From positions 24,738,001 through 24,802,000 of the forward strand of contig OX597833.1 of assembly GCA_951406725.2 (NCBI GenBank): a DNA stretch of 64,000 bases, written 5' to 3'. Both the position numbers and the translations under genes were made by a program. Origin of the DNA: Octopus vulgaris. Lineage: Eukaryota. Shown here piece by piece: positions 13,571 through 28,127 of the stretch. Position 1 is the first letter of the stretch; each line of letters starts with the position of its first letter. A model generated the notes under the pieces. It worked only from the letters and a program-made list of their open reading frames with translations, searched no databases and was not told where the DNA came from.

Positions 13571-14810
13571 AATTCAACTAAGTTATCATTAACTTTAAAA
13601 AAAATATGACAAAGTGGCCAGCAAACTTAACCAAATAGGCAACATATGCACAATATATATTAAACGTCAGGGTACAATATGCATCTGTTTGCTAGAAAGT
13701 AGAATTAAAACTCTCCAAAGCCACGCTTCTCTCATTATATGTAAACACGCACAGAGAATGCAGCAAATACACTAAAAAAACAGTCCACCCATTTATAAAA
13801 CTACAAATAGGAGAGTAGATATCCCAGTATCAATTGATTTCGCTTTCTGTGCCAAAGATATTTAAAGCATATTAGTCAGGCGTACTACGTAAACTATTCT
13901 TTAGAATATATTTACCATTCTGTGCGCGTCTGCTCAGCTGAAGGCACCGAGACTTCCAAACGAACATTAGTGAGCAAGTATAAATTCACAATTCAAATAA
14001 GTTATCATTACAGTTCTGTATTTAAGAGATGAGGAATTATGTACATTATTTACATTTCACGGGTATTTGTCCTCATCTTGTTTGTTGTTAGCACAACGTT
14101 TCGACTGATATACTCTACAGCCTTCATCATGTCTTGGGGAAATATCGAAACTGGTTTCTCATTCCTAAGGTATTTTTCGATGTTGCTGTTGTTGTTGTTG
14201 TTGTTATTATTATTATTCAGGTCACTGGAAAATACGAAGACTAAAAGAAGCAGCACATATTCTAGGACACAACCTCTGCAGACCGAGTGCAGATATGAAT
14301 AGCATGTGGGAACCGGTATTAAGGAAGGATAGGAAAATATCAGATTTATAAGCCCTAAAATTCACTCAATAATTGCCTACGGGCATATATGGCATAGTGG
14401 TTAAGAGCGCGGGCTGCTAACCCCAAGATTCCGAGTTCGAAAAATACCTTAGGAATGGGAACCCAGGTTCGATATTTCCCCAAGACACCTGATGAAGGCT
14501 GGAGGGTATATGAGGATAAATATCCGTCAAATGTATATAATGTAAGTTATCATTATCTTCATAAAAATAATGAATAAGTGGCCAGTAACCAAATAGGCAA
14601 AATATACACAATATATATTAAAAGTCTGGGTACAATATGTACCTGATTGCTAAAAAGAAGAGCTAAAACTCTTCAAAGCCACGCATCTCTCATTATATGT
14701 AAACACGAATGAAGAATGTAGCAAATATATCAAATAGCAGAGTAGATACCCCAGTGTGAATTGATTTCGCTTTCTGTGCCATAGATACTTAAAGCAGTAG
14801 CCTAATAGGG
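13570..14810. repeat. Two diverged tandem copies of a ~420-bp unit; the second is interrupted by the 14011-14542 insertion
   Basis: aagtggccag..aaccaaataggcaa..caaagccacgc.tctctcattatatgtaaacacg..aattgatttcgctttctgtgcca occurs at ~13612-13870 and ~14576-14800. Confidence 0.85.
14011..14542 (+). mobile_element. 5'-truncated Penelope-like element: inverted pseudo-LTR + GIY-YIG C-terminus + tRNA-headed, hammerhead-containing pseudo-LTR; 13-bp TSD
   Basis: taagttatcatta at 13998-14010 and 14543-14555. 14223-14351 encodes HWKIRRLKEAAHILGHNLCRPSADMNSMWEPVLRKDRKISDL*. A tRNA-like head lies at 14381-14440 and CTGATGAAGGCTG at ~14489. Confidence 0.8.
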
Positions 14811-15134
14811 TCACCTTGTACAGGTGGTAACTTATCATCATGCTGGGCTAGAAGCATGATGCAAGCCAAACAGCTGGAGTATGTTTTATGGACTAGATAC
14901 ACGACAAGTTAGAATGGTGCTGCGATGTCTGGACATTCTCTTAGCCCGTTTCATGCAAGTCTCGTTGTTTTGACCTTATTTTGTTACTGGACATATTGTA
15001 TGAGAACGAGAGAATGAGTGGGACATGCGCACCGTTCTTTCTTAATTGAAAAATAAAAACAGCACCAGTCTTGCATTTGCGTGTAGTTAGTTAAAATTGT
15101 TTGGTACAAGGCTAGTCACAGAGTCTTTTACGTT

Positions 15135-15330
15135 TATCTTTTACTTGTTCCATTCATTAGACTGCGGCCATGCTGAGGCACCGCTTTGAAGAATTTCGAT
15201 CGAACGAATAGACCTCAGTACTTATTGCTTTTTTAGCCTGGCACTTATTCTATCGTTCTTTTTTTTGGACAGCTAAGTTACGGGGACGTAAAGTCACTAA
15301 CACCGATTGTCAAGTTGTGGTACACACACA
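15135..15330 (-). mobile_element. SINE family A, 3' half
   Basis: ttttacttgt..cattagactgcggccatgctg.ggcaccgc...gctaagttacggggacgtaaa. Confidence 0.7.
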
Positions 15331-15885
15331 CACACACACACGTATATATGTAATATATACATACACATACACACATACACACATATATAAATACATATTC
15401 TATATTTCATAGAAGAAAAGATATATTGGCGAATGTATTCTTTGATAATCTTTACTTGGCACAATAAGAAGGTACAGTTATGGCTGGAATACCTTATCAT
15501 CATCGGTCTGTTAAGATGGTACTGACTACCGTGGGATAAAAACACTACGGTATCACTATTACACTCTTCAAACCAGTCATATATTTTCAACTAGATGTGT
15601 TGAAATGTAATAATATTTGTGTATATAGGTGGACATGACTTGTAATTGAAAACATACAGAGAGAAAATATGCTTGGGATGGGCGAGGAAAAAAAGTTTAA
15701 AACACAAAAACACACAGCCACATACACACGCTCACAAACAGATACGCGCACACAGAATAAAAGAAAGAAAGAGAGACGAAGAGAATGTTAGGGTGAAAGA
15801 GAAATGTGAGAGAAAGAGTGATAGAATGAAGGACAACGAGGAAAGAATTCCCCAGACAAAAAGAAAGATGGTAGAAAAGGTAAAG

Positions 15886-15962
<77 letters not shown>

Positions 15963-16095
15963 CCTACCTACCTGTCTGTCTGTTTGTCTGTCTCTTTGAC
16001 TGTCTGTCTGCCTGCCTGCCTGTCTGTCTATCTGTCTATCAATCTATCTACCATATACATGCATAATATATATATATATACACACACATATATAC

Positions 16096-16158
<63 letters not shown>

Positions 16159-16250
16159 TATCTATGTATATATGCACATATATATATATATGTGTGTGTA
16201 TGTATATGTATGTATGTATATATATGTATATATATATATAAGTATAAGTG

Positions 16251-16295
<45 letters not shown>

Positions 16296-16617
16296 AGATA
16301 TGATGGTGTGCGAAAGTGTGTACCTGTAGCAAGAGTGGGTAGATTTTGTATCCATTCTTTCCATCATCCCCCACCCCTCATCCACCCCTAATTATCTAAA
16401 CTGGAGATAACAAGCTTGTCAAGGAAATAAGGTAAAAATAAGGCCGAAGCTCTGATGGGAATTGTTCCAGTCTCCGGAACAGGTGTTTGTCTACCTATAT
16501 ATTAAGTATGTCTGTTTTTTTTTTTATCTCAGTGTCTATCTCTGTGCGTGTATATATGTGTGTCTGTGTGCGTGTGTGCGCGTGTGTGTGTGTGCATGAT
16601 TGTGTGTATGTGCGTGC

Positions 16618-16687
<70 letters not shown>

Positions 16688-17785
16688 GTTGTGTTTCGTG
16701 CAGAGGCGGCAACAGTTCAAAGTAAACATCTTATTATGTTTCCATAATTAAAGAACAAGATTTTAACACGCAAAAATTAATAAATAAAACAAACATAAAG
16801 ACGGATCATCCATTACAAACCAACAACAACGATCTACCGCCACCGCCGCCGTAACGACAACGAGGACGATGATGACGACCACCGTCATCACCACAATCAC
16901 CACCATCACCACTACCACCACAACCATCGACATCATTAACACAATCACCACCACTACCACCACTACCGCCACCCTAACGCCAACACCATCATCATCACAT
17001 CCTCACTATCAACTAACCACATATAACATCCATCACCACTATTCAATCAAGGAAACTATATCACTATCACCACACCAACATCAACAACAAAACCACTATA
17101 CTACCACCACCACCATAATAACAACAACAGCAACAACTTAGACCACCGTCAAATAGACGGTACCAAAACTGCCAACATAACACCAATACTTATCAGCTTG
17201 TAAACACACCATTATCAACCCGGCCAATACCAACACCACAGATTCCTCTCTTTAGAATCAATATGATAACCTGCAAGAAATATAAACCAAATTGCCCTCA
17301 AATAACATTTTAACAAATATAGGAGGGGGACATGAGATATTGTAGTCTTACATAACACAGGGAAGACGGGGTCGTCACAGCTGACAGATTTTGATCTTAT
17401 CTCTGCACGATCAGGGTTGGGTTGGAACTAGATAAAAAGAACATAAACGATAACAAAAACCACAGCAATCACCAGTAAAACTGTTGAGTGGGAAACAGAA
17501 GATTTGATTTCATTCATACAAATCTTGTTATATGTGTAATATATTGTGTTGTTTAGGCGGTCAGCTGACAAAATCGTTACTGAGCGGGGTAAATGTTTTG
17601 CAGTTCAAATGCCGCTGGGGGGGGGGGGGGCTTTTCTTTACGGGGTCGATAAAATAAGTACCAGTTGGACACTGGTGGTAGTGGTGGTGGGGTATCGATG
17701 TAATCAACTTACTCCCTCTCTCGAAATTGTTAGCCTTGTGCCGTTCGTTGGTTTTTCTTTTCTATTTACTATAATCACTATTCTT

Positions 17786-18170
17786 GGAGTGGCTGTGTGG
17801 TAAATAGCTTGCTTACCAACCACATGGTTCCGAGTTCAGTCCCATTGCGTAGCACCTTGGGCAAGTGTCTTCTACTATAGCATTGGGCTGACGAAAACCT
17901 TGTGAGTGGATTTGGTAGACGGAAACTGAAAGAAGCCCATCGTATATATTTGTGTGTGTGTGTATGTGTTTATGTTTGTGTGTCTATGTCTGTCCTCCCA
18001 ACATCGCTTGACAATCGATGCTAATGCGTTTACGCCCCCATAACTTAGCTGTTCGGCACCCGATAGAATAAGTACTAGGCTTCCAAAGAATAAGTCCTGG
18101 GGTCTATTTGCTCGACTAAATGTGGTGCTCCAGCATGGCCACAATTAAATGAGTGAAAAGAATAAAAGAA
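17786..18170 (+). mobile_element. SINE family A
   Basis: Near-full copy similar to 9876-10285. Confidence 0.85.
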
Positions 18171-18379
18171 TATATATACTCTGTTGTGTTTGTTTGGAGA
18201 GAGACATTCTCTTTTAGTGCCTTATAATTCAACACACTCACAGTAAAATTTCCCCTTATTTCTTTTTTACTTCTGTAAAATTTTCGTTACAAGGAATCGA
18301 TTTACTCAACTAAAGCCGGTGCTGCAGCATGGCCGCTGTCAAATGACTGAAACAAATAAAAGAATAAAAGAATTTTCTC

Positions 18380-19000
18380 TTTCATTGCCATCTTTTCACA
18401 AGCTTCATAATACTGGAATTGGTCTAGCAAATTTCAACAACCCACGTTTTCACCTCCACATCGTTGCTGAATAAAATACCTTACACACCATCGAAGAGCG
18501 ACCAAAAAAGATTATCCGAAGGCGCTAAGCCAGAAGAATACGCTGGCTGTGACGGCGGCAAAATTACCCAATCGAGCTCTTGAATAGTGATGTTAGTCAA
18601 ATTAGCATCGCGGAGACGACTGTTGTCCTATTGAAGAGACACATCTTGTACCGGTCGGGTCTTTTGTACTTTATCCATTGAATGAAGGAGATATGCGAGG
18701 TACTATGAGAGCCGTCCATCTGCAGATCTAGTTCCGTTGTTGGATGGCGTGGATACTCGTGGATGAGCTCAATCAATTGAACCTCACTGAACTGAACATT
18801 TCGAACAGAACGCAGAAAGTTTGTGAGGTGAACCCCACTCCCTTGAATCTTAGAAACCAATTCTGTCCAGTTCTTTCCATCATAGTGATTCTCCATACAC
18901 AATACAAATGTTTCGAGCGGCGTTGGAAGTGTTGGAACCTTGACCGAAAACAAAGAGGAGCAAGTGATGAAAATGCACAACTTTTATTTTTAGATGACAC
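18380..19000 (-). mobile_element. Degenerate mariner (DD34D-type) transposase
   Basis: Broken minus frames give ERTGQNWFLRFK, LIELIHEYPRHPTTEL, IKYKRPDR, IQELDWVILPPSQPAYSSGLAPSDNLF (YSPDLAPSD motif) and KLVKRWQ. Confidence 0.8.
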
Positions 19001-19081
19001 TCTATCATCATGTGACTGAAAAGAGAAAAAATTTATTGAAAATTAAAAAAAAAAACGATAAACAGGTGTTGATGAAGAATA

Positions 19082-19540
<459 letters not shown>

Positions 19541-20899
19541 TACACAAACAAAAACAGAAAAATACAAATAAACAAAAAACAAACAAAAAAATTACCATAA
19601 ACCACTCCGATAATTTTTTGCATTAATTGAAATAACATTGGAAATAAAACGAATGAATTTAACTGACAACCCAATATACCATCAATACAGTAATCGCCGT
19701 CATCATAACCGCGACTACTAACACCACTATACCCTTCCGACCTCTCCAACATCGCCACCACCACTGTCACGTCATAAATACTACTGCCAACACCACGCCG
19801 TGTTGTTGGTAACCATCATCACTAGCAACACCATCGCCACCAGCAATGCCATCAACGCCTCCAGCAACATCTCTGCAATCAGTAACACTCTGCAATCACG
19901 AACACCAGCACCACTAACAATACCATTACAACAACCACCAGGAACACCATCACCACACTCGTGACCATCGTCATCGCCACCATCACTTTTTCCAACAATA
20001 AGAACAACCCCACCACCACCACCACTCTATCGCAATCAACCACACTAAGAAACAGCTAAATGGTTGCGTTGCTAGGTCTGCTAGAGACAATAACCAAGTC
20101 TCACTCAAATTACACCTTAGCATTTTAAAATTGTTCTTATTGGATGTTTTTTTCTTCTATTTTCCTCTTCTGGGAAACACTATGCTTGAAAAATAAAGAT
20201 GAGATGGTCGTAGATGGAATCCCTTTCATCATGGATTTGATCCCTGAGAGTTAAACGGGAGATAAACAACAGCTGTTACTACAACTCAGATCATTCTTCC
20301 CACCACTTCCACCACCACCACCACCACCACCCCAACCACAACAACAACAACAACAACAATAACAGCAACAATCACTATCGTACTAATCTCACCGTCCCCT
20401 ACCACTAACAACCATGCCACCAGTACAATTTATATCATCGTTCTCACTTTCGCACCTCCATCACTATCACCGCATTCGCTGCCGCCATGTCCGCTACAGG
20501 CATCATCACCGTCACCGTCGCCACCGCTACCTTCTCCACCAACGCCACTGCCGCCACCACCAAATTAGTGTAATACAAACTGTAGTTGTTTTAATTTAAT
20601 TTAAATAGCTTGCCTATTGCTCTTGTTATTGTTGTTGTCGTCTGTGTAGTTATTTTAGTTTCACATACCAGGAATTTGGTCTTTGTAACATGAGAAGTCT
20701 GTAAAATACCTTTGGGTTACTTGATTAATATTGACACAGGTGGGCGATAGAGTCGAATTTTTATTCTGAAAGAGGAAAAGAAAAGGAGAAGGAGAAGGTG
20801 AAGAACTAGCTGCAGTTGCCCTCAGACTTCCGTTTTTACTTTTTTATTTTCATATTTTTCATACTTTAGTAAAAAGAAAAGGAATAAAGGACAAGTTCA

Positions 20900-21450
20900 T
20901 GACAATTTTTACGGACTCAAAGACCAGTTGGATGGGTGGAGTTCGCACTGGCGCTTTAGAGAAATCGAGGGGAAAGATGATAGATACTCAGGGTATCTAA
21001 AAATTTCGCAAAGCCTTTGCACACTATTCTCCAATCTATTACTTTTATGCAATCTATGCTTACCTCCAAAATTCCGTTCCTGCTGTCCACTAACACTAGG
21101 CATCTGAAAGAATCTGGCCGTCGGCTTCCTTTCAGGATGTAAACGGCAACTCGTATGAAGCCTGCATCGTAACCTTCATTACTGTTCACGTTTAAGCCCA
21201 CTGTCCTACCTATTGTACTCACCTTTATGTGTAGGAAAAACTGTATTCGCTTTTATGTTTAGGCCTTTCTGCAGCACTACCGGCACGTCATTTGATCCGA
21301 AACGACCGAAGGCGGCATAAACTTCATAGCTGTCGAGATAGCAGGCAAGTGTTTGAGTTTCGGAAATCCTGGTCTCACTTATAGCCTCAATATCCACACA
21401 GAGTGACCCGAGTTAATGGAACAGGAGTTCTTGCTTCCACGTCGATCTCA
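20900..21450 (-). mobile_element. Degenerate L1/Tx1-like AP-endonuclease fragment
   Basis: DIEAISETRIS (APE motif I, D...SET) followed by GS..V.V and IRVAVY motifs across frameshifts. Confidence 0.6.
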
Positions 21451-22164
21451 GGTTACGAGCATTTATATAGTATTGCCATTCCAGGTAGAGAAGAAATAGA
21501 AAACCTAAGTTAATTATTTTCCGGGTTTTTGGAGGAACTATCAAATACTTTCTTGTCTGATAAAGTTCTAAAGGTGCGCGCATTATGTTGGAAACGCTTT
21601 TATTGTTGCTTTGTCTGTTGAAGTTATGATTGTTATCAATACTACGACTGTTCTTAAGGCTGTTGTTATAACTCTCGTTGCTGTTACAACTATGGAGGCT
21701 GCTGTGATTATTGGACTGTCACAGGTTCCAGCTGTTTTCGAGTTGTTTGGCTTAGTATTTCTCAAATTTTGGGTTTCAGTGGATCAGGTCAGTAAATTCA
21801 CCTGGCCGCCCTCTCTGTCTTTCCACAGTTGCTCTACTATAAACCATTTTGCTGCCATGAAGACTTCCGTGTCTGAGATCTCGACTTAGCTTGCATTTGC
21901 TTTTTATATATGTCATTTATTTTATGCTAATTTGATAGACAAAATTAGCATAAAAGATAGACAAAAGGTAACGACATTGACGAGGGGCAGAGTCAAATAT
22001 ATCGATTACAGTATTTGAGAGAAACTGTTTTATCGATCTTGAAGTCTAAAAGTTGAATGTTTCCACCAGTCAATGGGCGTGTCAGTTATTCTATGACGTG
22101 CTAGGCAATTTGCAGTGCTGAAGATCACTTCGCAGCATAGATAATATAAGGTTTTAAAAAAAGG

Positions 22165-22370
22165 CTGGGGAGCTGGTAGAATCGTTAGCAGGCCAGACTA
22201 AAAGATTTGCGGCATTTCGACTTAACTTTTTCAGTACAAATGCCGCGAAGGTCGACTTTGCTTTTCATCCTTTCGGGGTAGATAAAACAAGTACCATTTG
22301 AGCCCTGGGGTTGATGTAATCGATTTACTCCCTCGGCCGAAACTGCTGGCCAAAATGTGAAAACAATATA
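22165..22370 (+). mobile_element. SINE family B
   Basis: gagctggtagaatcgttagc head and the ggtcgactttgcttttcatcctttcggggt core. Confidence 0.75.
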
Positions 22371-23229
22371 AGGTTATAAAAAGTCAACCTTACCTAATGT
22401 AATGAGGATCACACGTGGCGAATGAGAGAGAAAGAGGGGAAGACAGAAAGGGAGAGGGAGAGAGAAGGATAGAGAGAAAGAGATTAAAGACAAAAAAAGA
22501 GAAATTATTGCAATATTTAGAGAGAAAATAAAAGAGAAAAACTTACTAAGCAATAGAACCTCTAAAGAAAGAATTGATAATAAGAATAATTATAGCAAAA
22601 TATGAAACTATAACGTGTGTTTTCAATTTAACTTACCGTAATTAAAATCATTAATTATAAACTAATTATACATGTGTAAACTTAGTAGAACTAATTTAAG
22701 CAACGAAAATTAAAGATATAAAAATGTATAAATATAAAAAATGGTGATTCGACTGTTGGAACTGGATTTAATTTGTCAAAATCTTAAGGAGTTGTTCCAC
22801 TGGTTATGACATTCCTAAAAGATTCTGCTAATTCTTTAAGTCAAGAATGTTTTATGAATAAATAAATAAATATTATTCCAAATACCATGTGACTCGAACT
22901 AAAATAGTGTTTAACAGATAAAGAAGCTAACAGCGTTCTCAAAAAAAGATTCTTTCGCAGCAGTTTCGGTAATATTTCGAGGCACACTGGAGCAGTTGTC
23001 ATCTACCAAAGAGTTCATCAAAAATTTGTAAGAGAAATTACGTTGACGGAAAATTGCGCGAAACTCGTCTCGCATACAAACACACAAGCATACAATCACC
23101 CCCCCCCCCACATACATACGTAATACATACATACATACATACATACATACATACATACATACATACATACATACATACATACATACATGCATACATACAT
23201 GCCACGGATACATTCTACGATATGCAGAA

Positions 23230-24680
23230 AAAGATAAAATTACTGTCACTCATATTTTTTGTTGATGACCTAAAGTTATATTCTGGTAATATGATCAACA
23301 TCAAGCGACAATTAGGGATGTGGGATTGGAATATCAGCAAGATAAATACTCATACATGAAAGTCAACTGAGACAAGACGGAGACCATGTACATCAATGTT
23401 TTCTCTGTCCCCACAATCCCTAATGATGAAAACTACAATTATCTCGAAATTGAAGAGAATGTTGTATACGTTGCTGCTGTTACTAAAACCATAATAACAA
23501 AAGGGTATTTCTGCAGACTCCGGAAAATATGGAACTCAATACTATCTGCACTTAACAAGATCATATCATACAATGCTTTTGCAGTACCAGTGCTAGTACC
23601 AATATTTGAGATATTGCACTGGACATTTGACAGGATACGCAGCCTTGGCATCAACACTAGAAAAGTACTGAACACCACTGGCAACTTCTACATTAACAAC
23701 AACACCAATGCAGTTTATGTGAGACGAAGTGATGTCGGTTGAGTCATGCTCAGTTCAAACAGCCTTTGAATATCGCATTTTATCACTCAGACATCACCCG
23801 CTAAACAGTACAGAAAGAAATGAGTAGAAATAAGAGTAACATCTTCAGAGTTGCAGAAGAACTACTGTGCAGGTATTCTGAGAGTAGAAATGCCTCATAC
23901 ACCCCCTAGAATGCTGGGCTGGTCTACCTAAACAGAAGCAGGCATCCTGACGGCAAAAAGCAATGCATGAGTATATATCCCGTAAACAAGTAGATAACAA
24001 CAGCATTGGGAGGAAGAGTAGCAACTCCCGAGCATGTGGTAGTTACTTTACATTCCACCTAGAAGGATCTAGTTTCTTTATCTAGCAACGAGAAATAACT
24101 TCTAAATACCTGATAAACAAGAGTGACAAAGATATCACCAAACATCTACGTTGTGATAGGAAATGTCGGCTCTGCTATATCAATGTGGAAGATATCACCC
24201 ACATCATCAGCATCTGCCGCAAAATGTATACGAGTTCTATATCTCCCTACGAGGTATGATATAGTTGCAAAGGTCAATTACAATGTTCCCGCAGGAAGGG
24301 TTGCCCTGGCATATACATCAAAGGCATATCAAAAGTAGCGTCTATTCACACCTTTAAAAAATGGAATCTGATAGAACACTCCAATAAAAACTGTAGAGGT
24401 CAGCTGTCTAGTGGATGTGAATGTACAATCAAAAGTCCAGGAAAAAGAGAACATTTATGGTGAATTAACGCGGAACTTACAGCTCTTGTACTCTGACTAT
24501 GAATTCTTATTTTTACCTATCATCATAGGTGCATTAGGCTATGTACCAACAAATTTACGCAAAACCTAAAATTTCTAGGTTTTTCGAAGAAAGAGAAAAA
24601 GATAATGGCGTGGATTCTCCAGGTCTAATCTATCAACAGTGAAGATTTAAAAGGCATTCCAAAGATTTCCATTTGAGATT
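23230..24680 (+). mobile_element. Degenerate R4/Dong-like non-LTR retrotransposon (RT C-terminus, zinc knuckle, REL region)
   Basis: FFVDDLKLY; YNYLEI..GYFCRLRKIWNSILSALNKIISYNAFAVPVL..NTRKVL..VYVRRS; CRLC..EDITHIIS..RYDIVAK; PIIIGALG. Confidence 0.8.
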
Positions 24681-24873
24681 CTCTAGGTGAATAGATGCAC
24701 ATATTTGGGTGTATCCATCGACAGTTCAACCTACGAACTAACTTAACGCCAGCAACCTCTTAACTCGGAAAGCTTTGTCGCTTTGAAAGCTACCGGCTTG
24801 AACTTTCTTAAGATCTTAAATCAAACTTTAAAAAAATCAAGCACACACACACATACACGCACACATATACATT

Positions 24874-24927
<54 letters not shown>

Positions 24928-24929
24928 TT

Positions 24930-25053
24930 ATATATATTTTATTTTTTAAATAATTTTGTTATATATTTAAATAATATAAATTAAATAATCTTATGTATTG
25001 GCTTAAGTTTTTCATTGTATGATTTGCTTAATAGTGGTTTTATCTCTAATTTA

Positions 25054-25144
<91 letters not shown>

Positions 25145-26090
25145 AATATAAGAGAGTGGTCACTATATATATACTATTAAATTAGTATCTAATTCTCTCA
25201 CCCTTATTAATTAATTATATATATATATATATATATAATAATAGAAGGGAATAAATCCAAACTTACAGGGAAAAATGAGATTTAGGATTAAATCCAATTT
25301 TCTAGTATAAATATATTATATTATATTATATTAAATTAGAGATAAAACCATTATTAGGCAAATCAAACAGTGAAAAACATAAGCCAGTACATAAAATTAA
25401 TTTAAAATATAAAAGTTAAAAATAAAAAATTATTTAGATAATTTAAACTTATAAATTGTATATATATATACAAATATATATATATATATGTATGTATATT
25501 TTTATATTTATATATCATTTAATTAATTAATTAATTTATTTATTTATTTTTTAATATCAAAAGTATTAAAAGTTTAATAAAATATAAAGAGTAAAACACT
25601 ACGATCGTTTCATGGATGTACCAATTCGAATAACAATAATTTGAATTCAATTAATAATTCGAGTTATGGTTACAGTCAATCTTCAGGTTAATTGAAATAT
25701 TTTAAAAATAATCAGAAATATTTAAACAATATTTTTAAGATATAAATAATATAATAATTTTACTTATAATAAACTCTATTATCAAACTAGAAACTTAAAA
25801 CTTAACAATTATGATTATATCAAAATCAATTATAATGTTAAATATTAATTTTAATTTATAAGGTAGGAAACCTACCAATAATTTAATATCGGTAATAGTC
25901 TATATCTAATTACATAAATATTAAAAAATATATATATATATAGCAAGGATTCCGCTATTTGGTAGAGTTCGATATAATAATCACCAATCAAATTGGTGCT
26001 TAATGTAATGAACAATATCCAGAAAAAACCCTGTCCAGTAGGGGAGTTGTTTAACGCACTAAAATAGTAAGAGAATAAGCGCACATTCAC
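24930..26090. mobile_element. AT-rich PLE pseudo-LTR-like repeat with an inverted partial copy and a minus-strand hammerhead (25596-25689)
   Basis: attagagataaaacca.tattaggcaaatc at ~25336 mirrors 25022-25050. The same family occurs at 31655-31790 and 41050-41360. Confidence 0.65.
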
Positions 26091-27628
26091 ATATTTATTT
26101 GCATTAGTAATGGCGATGATAAGGCATTAAGGGCCTCTCTGCGCTGTCACTCAAACTACAAGGGGCAGCATCCAAATAAAATAGCAACATCTTAAAAATG
26201 AAAGACGCATTAGAAAATGTAGTCCTGAATATTGAAGGTCATAGATGGAAATCACTTGACTGTAACCGCTTTATTAGCTGGGTTTGGAGAAACGAACAAT
26301 ACCAAAGGCCTTCACAGACCTTTCCAGGTGTTGGACACAACCTGAGTGCGCTAGGAAGAAAAGGCGAGTGAATCGCGCGTTTGAGTACGTGGTACGAGGG
26401 CAGCTAGCTCTGAGGGGTAGAAGCCTGCAGAGGAGGGATAAGAGACGAATGCGTATTAGGGGCTGAAATGCGTTTGTGAGTAATTTTACTTCGATCATTC
26501 TAGTCACTTTCACTGGACCCAGGGTAGGAAGTCTATAGCTTTTGAAGCATCAGCAATATCGTCCCAGATGTGGATCAATACACCATTGTGGGTCTCCCTC
26601 GAGATTTAAACAATTTCAGAGTTTTTTTAAATGGGAGCCTTTTGCTGCGGTATTTTCAAGAAAAGAAGTCCTTCGTGATGGTGACTGAGATCCATCAGTA
26701 TTATCACAAAACTGAAATTTTCAACAGACTGAACTAAAATGTTTCGCCATCGACTAACTAGGCAGACGGCTTAGTCATTGGAAAAACAAGTAACATTGAT
26801 AAAGCTGTGCCGGTGACAGAAATCGAACCATTGTTTATTGTTGGGTGCTGTTATATTCATGACCATTTATAACCTCGACCCATACACACATACACTCATA
26901 AAAATGTGTAATTAGTTTTTCTTCTTCGTTTTAAAGGCTTAGTGAATAGAATTCTTATTTTTTAGATCGTTGGTTAGAAGATCGTTTGTCTTAAGATCTG
27001 TTTGAGTCAAATAGATTCACTTAAAAAATGAGTAAAAGAAAAGACTCCCATAATATAAGCCAACCTAATCTCGTTTTTTTTTCTATCTCATTCTGTCTCA
27101 TTTCTGTTTTCCCCTGAACGTTATTTCATTATCTCGGTAATAACACAATCTATTTCTTCTTCATTCTTCCAGCTTATTCTCCTTTAAAAGAATTCTTCCA
27201 AGTATTTATTGTTTAGAAACAAAAAGAAACAGAATAAAAAAATAATAATAAAAGAACTTCTCAAATACTTGAACTCCCTGACTAAGAATATTACAGCTAG
27301 AGTTTTAGCTCCAGATTAACGAAAACTTTAACGAGTTTTCAATTACAAATTACAAGAATTTCACTTCAAAATCAATATTGTTACCGAGCCTCATGCAAAA
27401 GGTTTGATCATCAGTACGATTCCAATTTGTCTATCACCCCCTTCATAGTTTGTCTAAATATATATACATATAGATGGGCGCAGGAGTGGCTGTGTGTTAA
27501 GACGCTTGCTTCCCAATCACATGGGTTCAGTTCCACTGCATGGCACCTTGGGTAAGTGTCTTTTACTGTAGCCTCGGGCCGACCAAAGCCTCATGAGTGG
27601 ATTTGTGAGACTGAAAGAAGCTCATGGT

Positions 27629-27669
<41 letters not shown>

Positions 27670-27865
27670 CATTATTTACAATTGTATATATATATGCATT
27701 ATTTACAATTGACGGATATTTGTCCTCATCTTGTTTGTTAACACAACGTTTCGGCTGATAGACCCTCCAGCCTTCATCGGATGTCTTGAGGAAATTTCGA
27801 ACCTAGGTTCTCATTCCTAAGGTACTTTTGATGTTATTAATATTATTATTATTATTATTATTATT

Positions 27866-27910
<45 letters not shown>

Positions 27911-28043
27911 ATTATTATTATTCAGGTCTCTGCCTGGAATCGAACTCAGAATCGTGGGGTTATTAGCTCGCGATCTTAACCCCAAGATTCTGAGTTCGAT
28001 TCCAGGCAGTGACCTGAATAATAATAATAATAATAATAATAAC

Positions 28044-28090
<47 letters not shown>

Positions 28091-28095
28091 TAATA

Positions 28096-28127
<32 letters not shown>

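Noticed and set aside
18597-18980. 127-aa ORF as a host exon
   Set aside because: It is a frameshifted mariner transposase; a YSPDLAPSD-like motif lies downstream.
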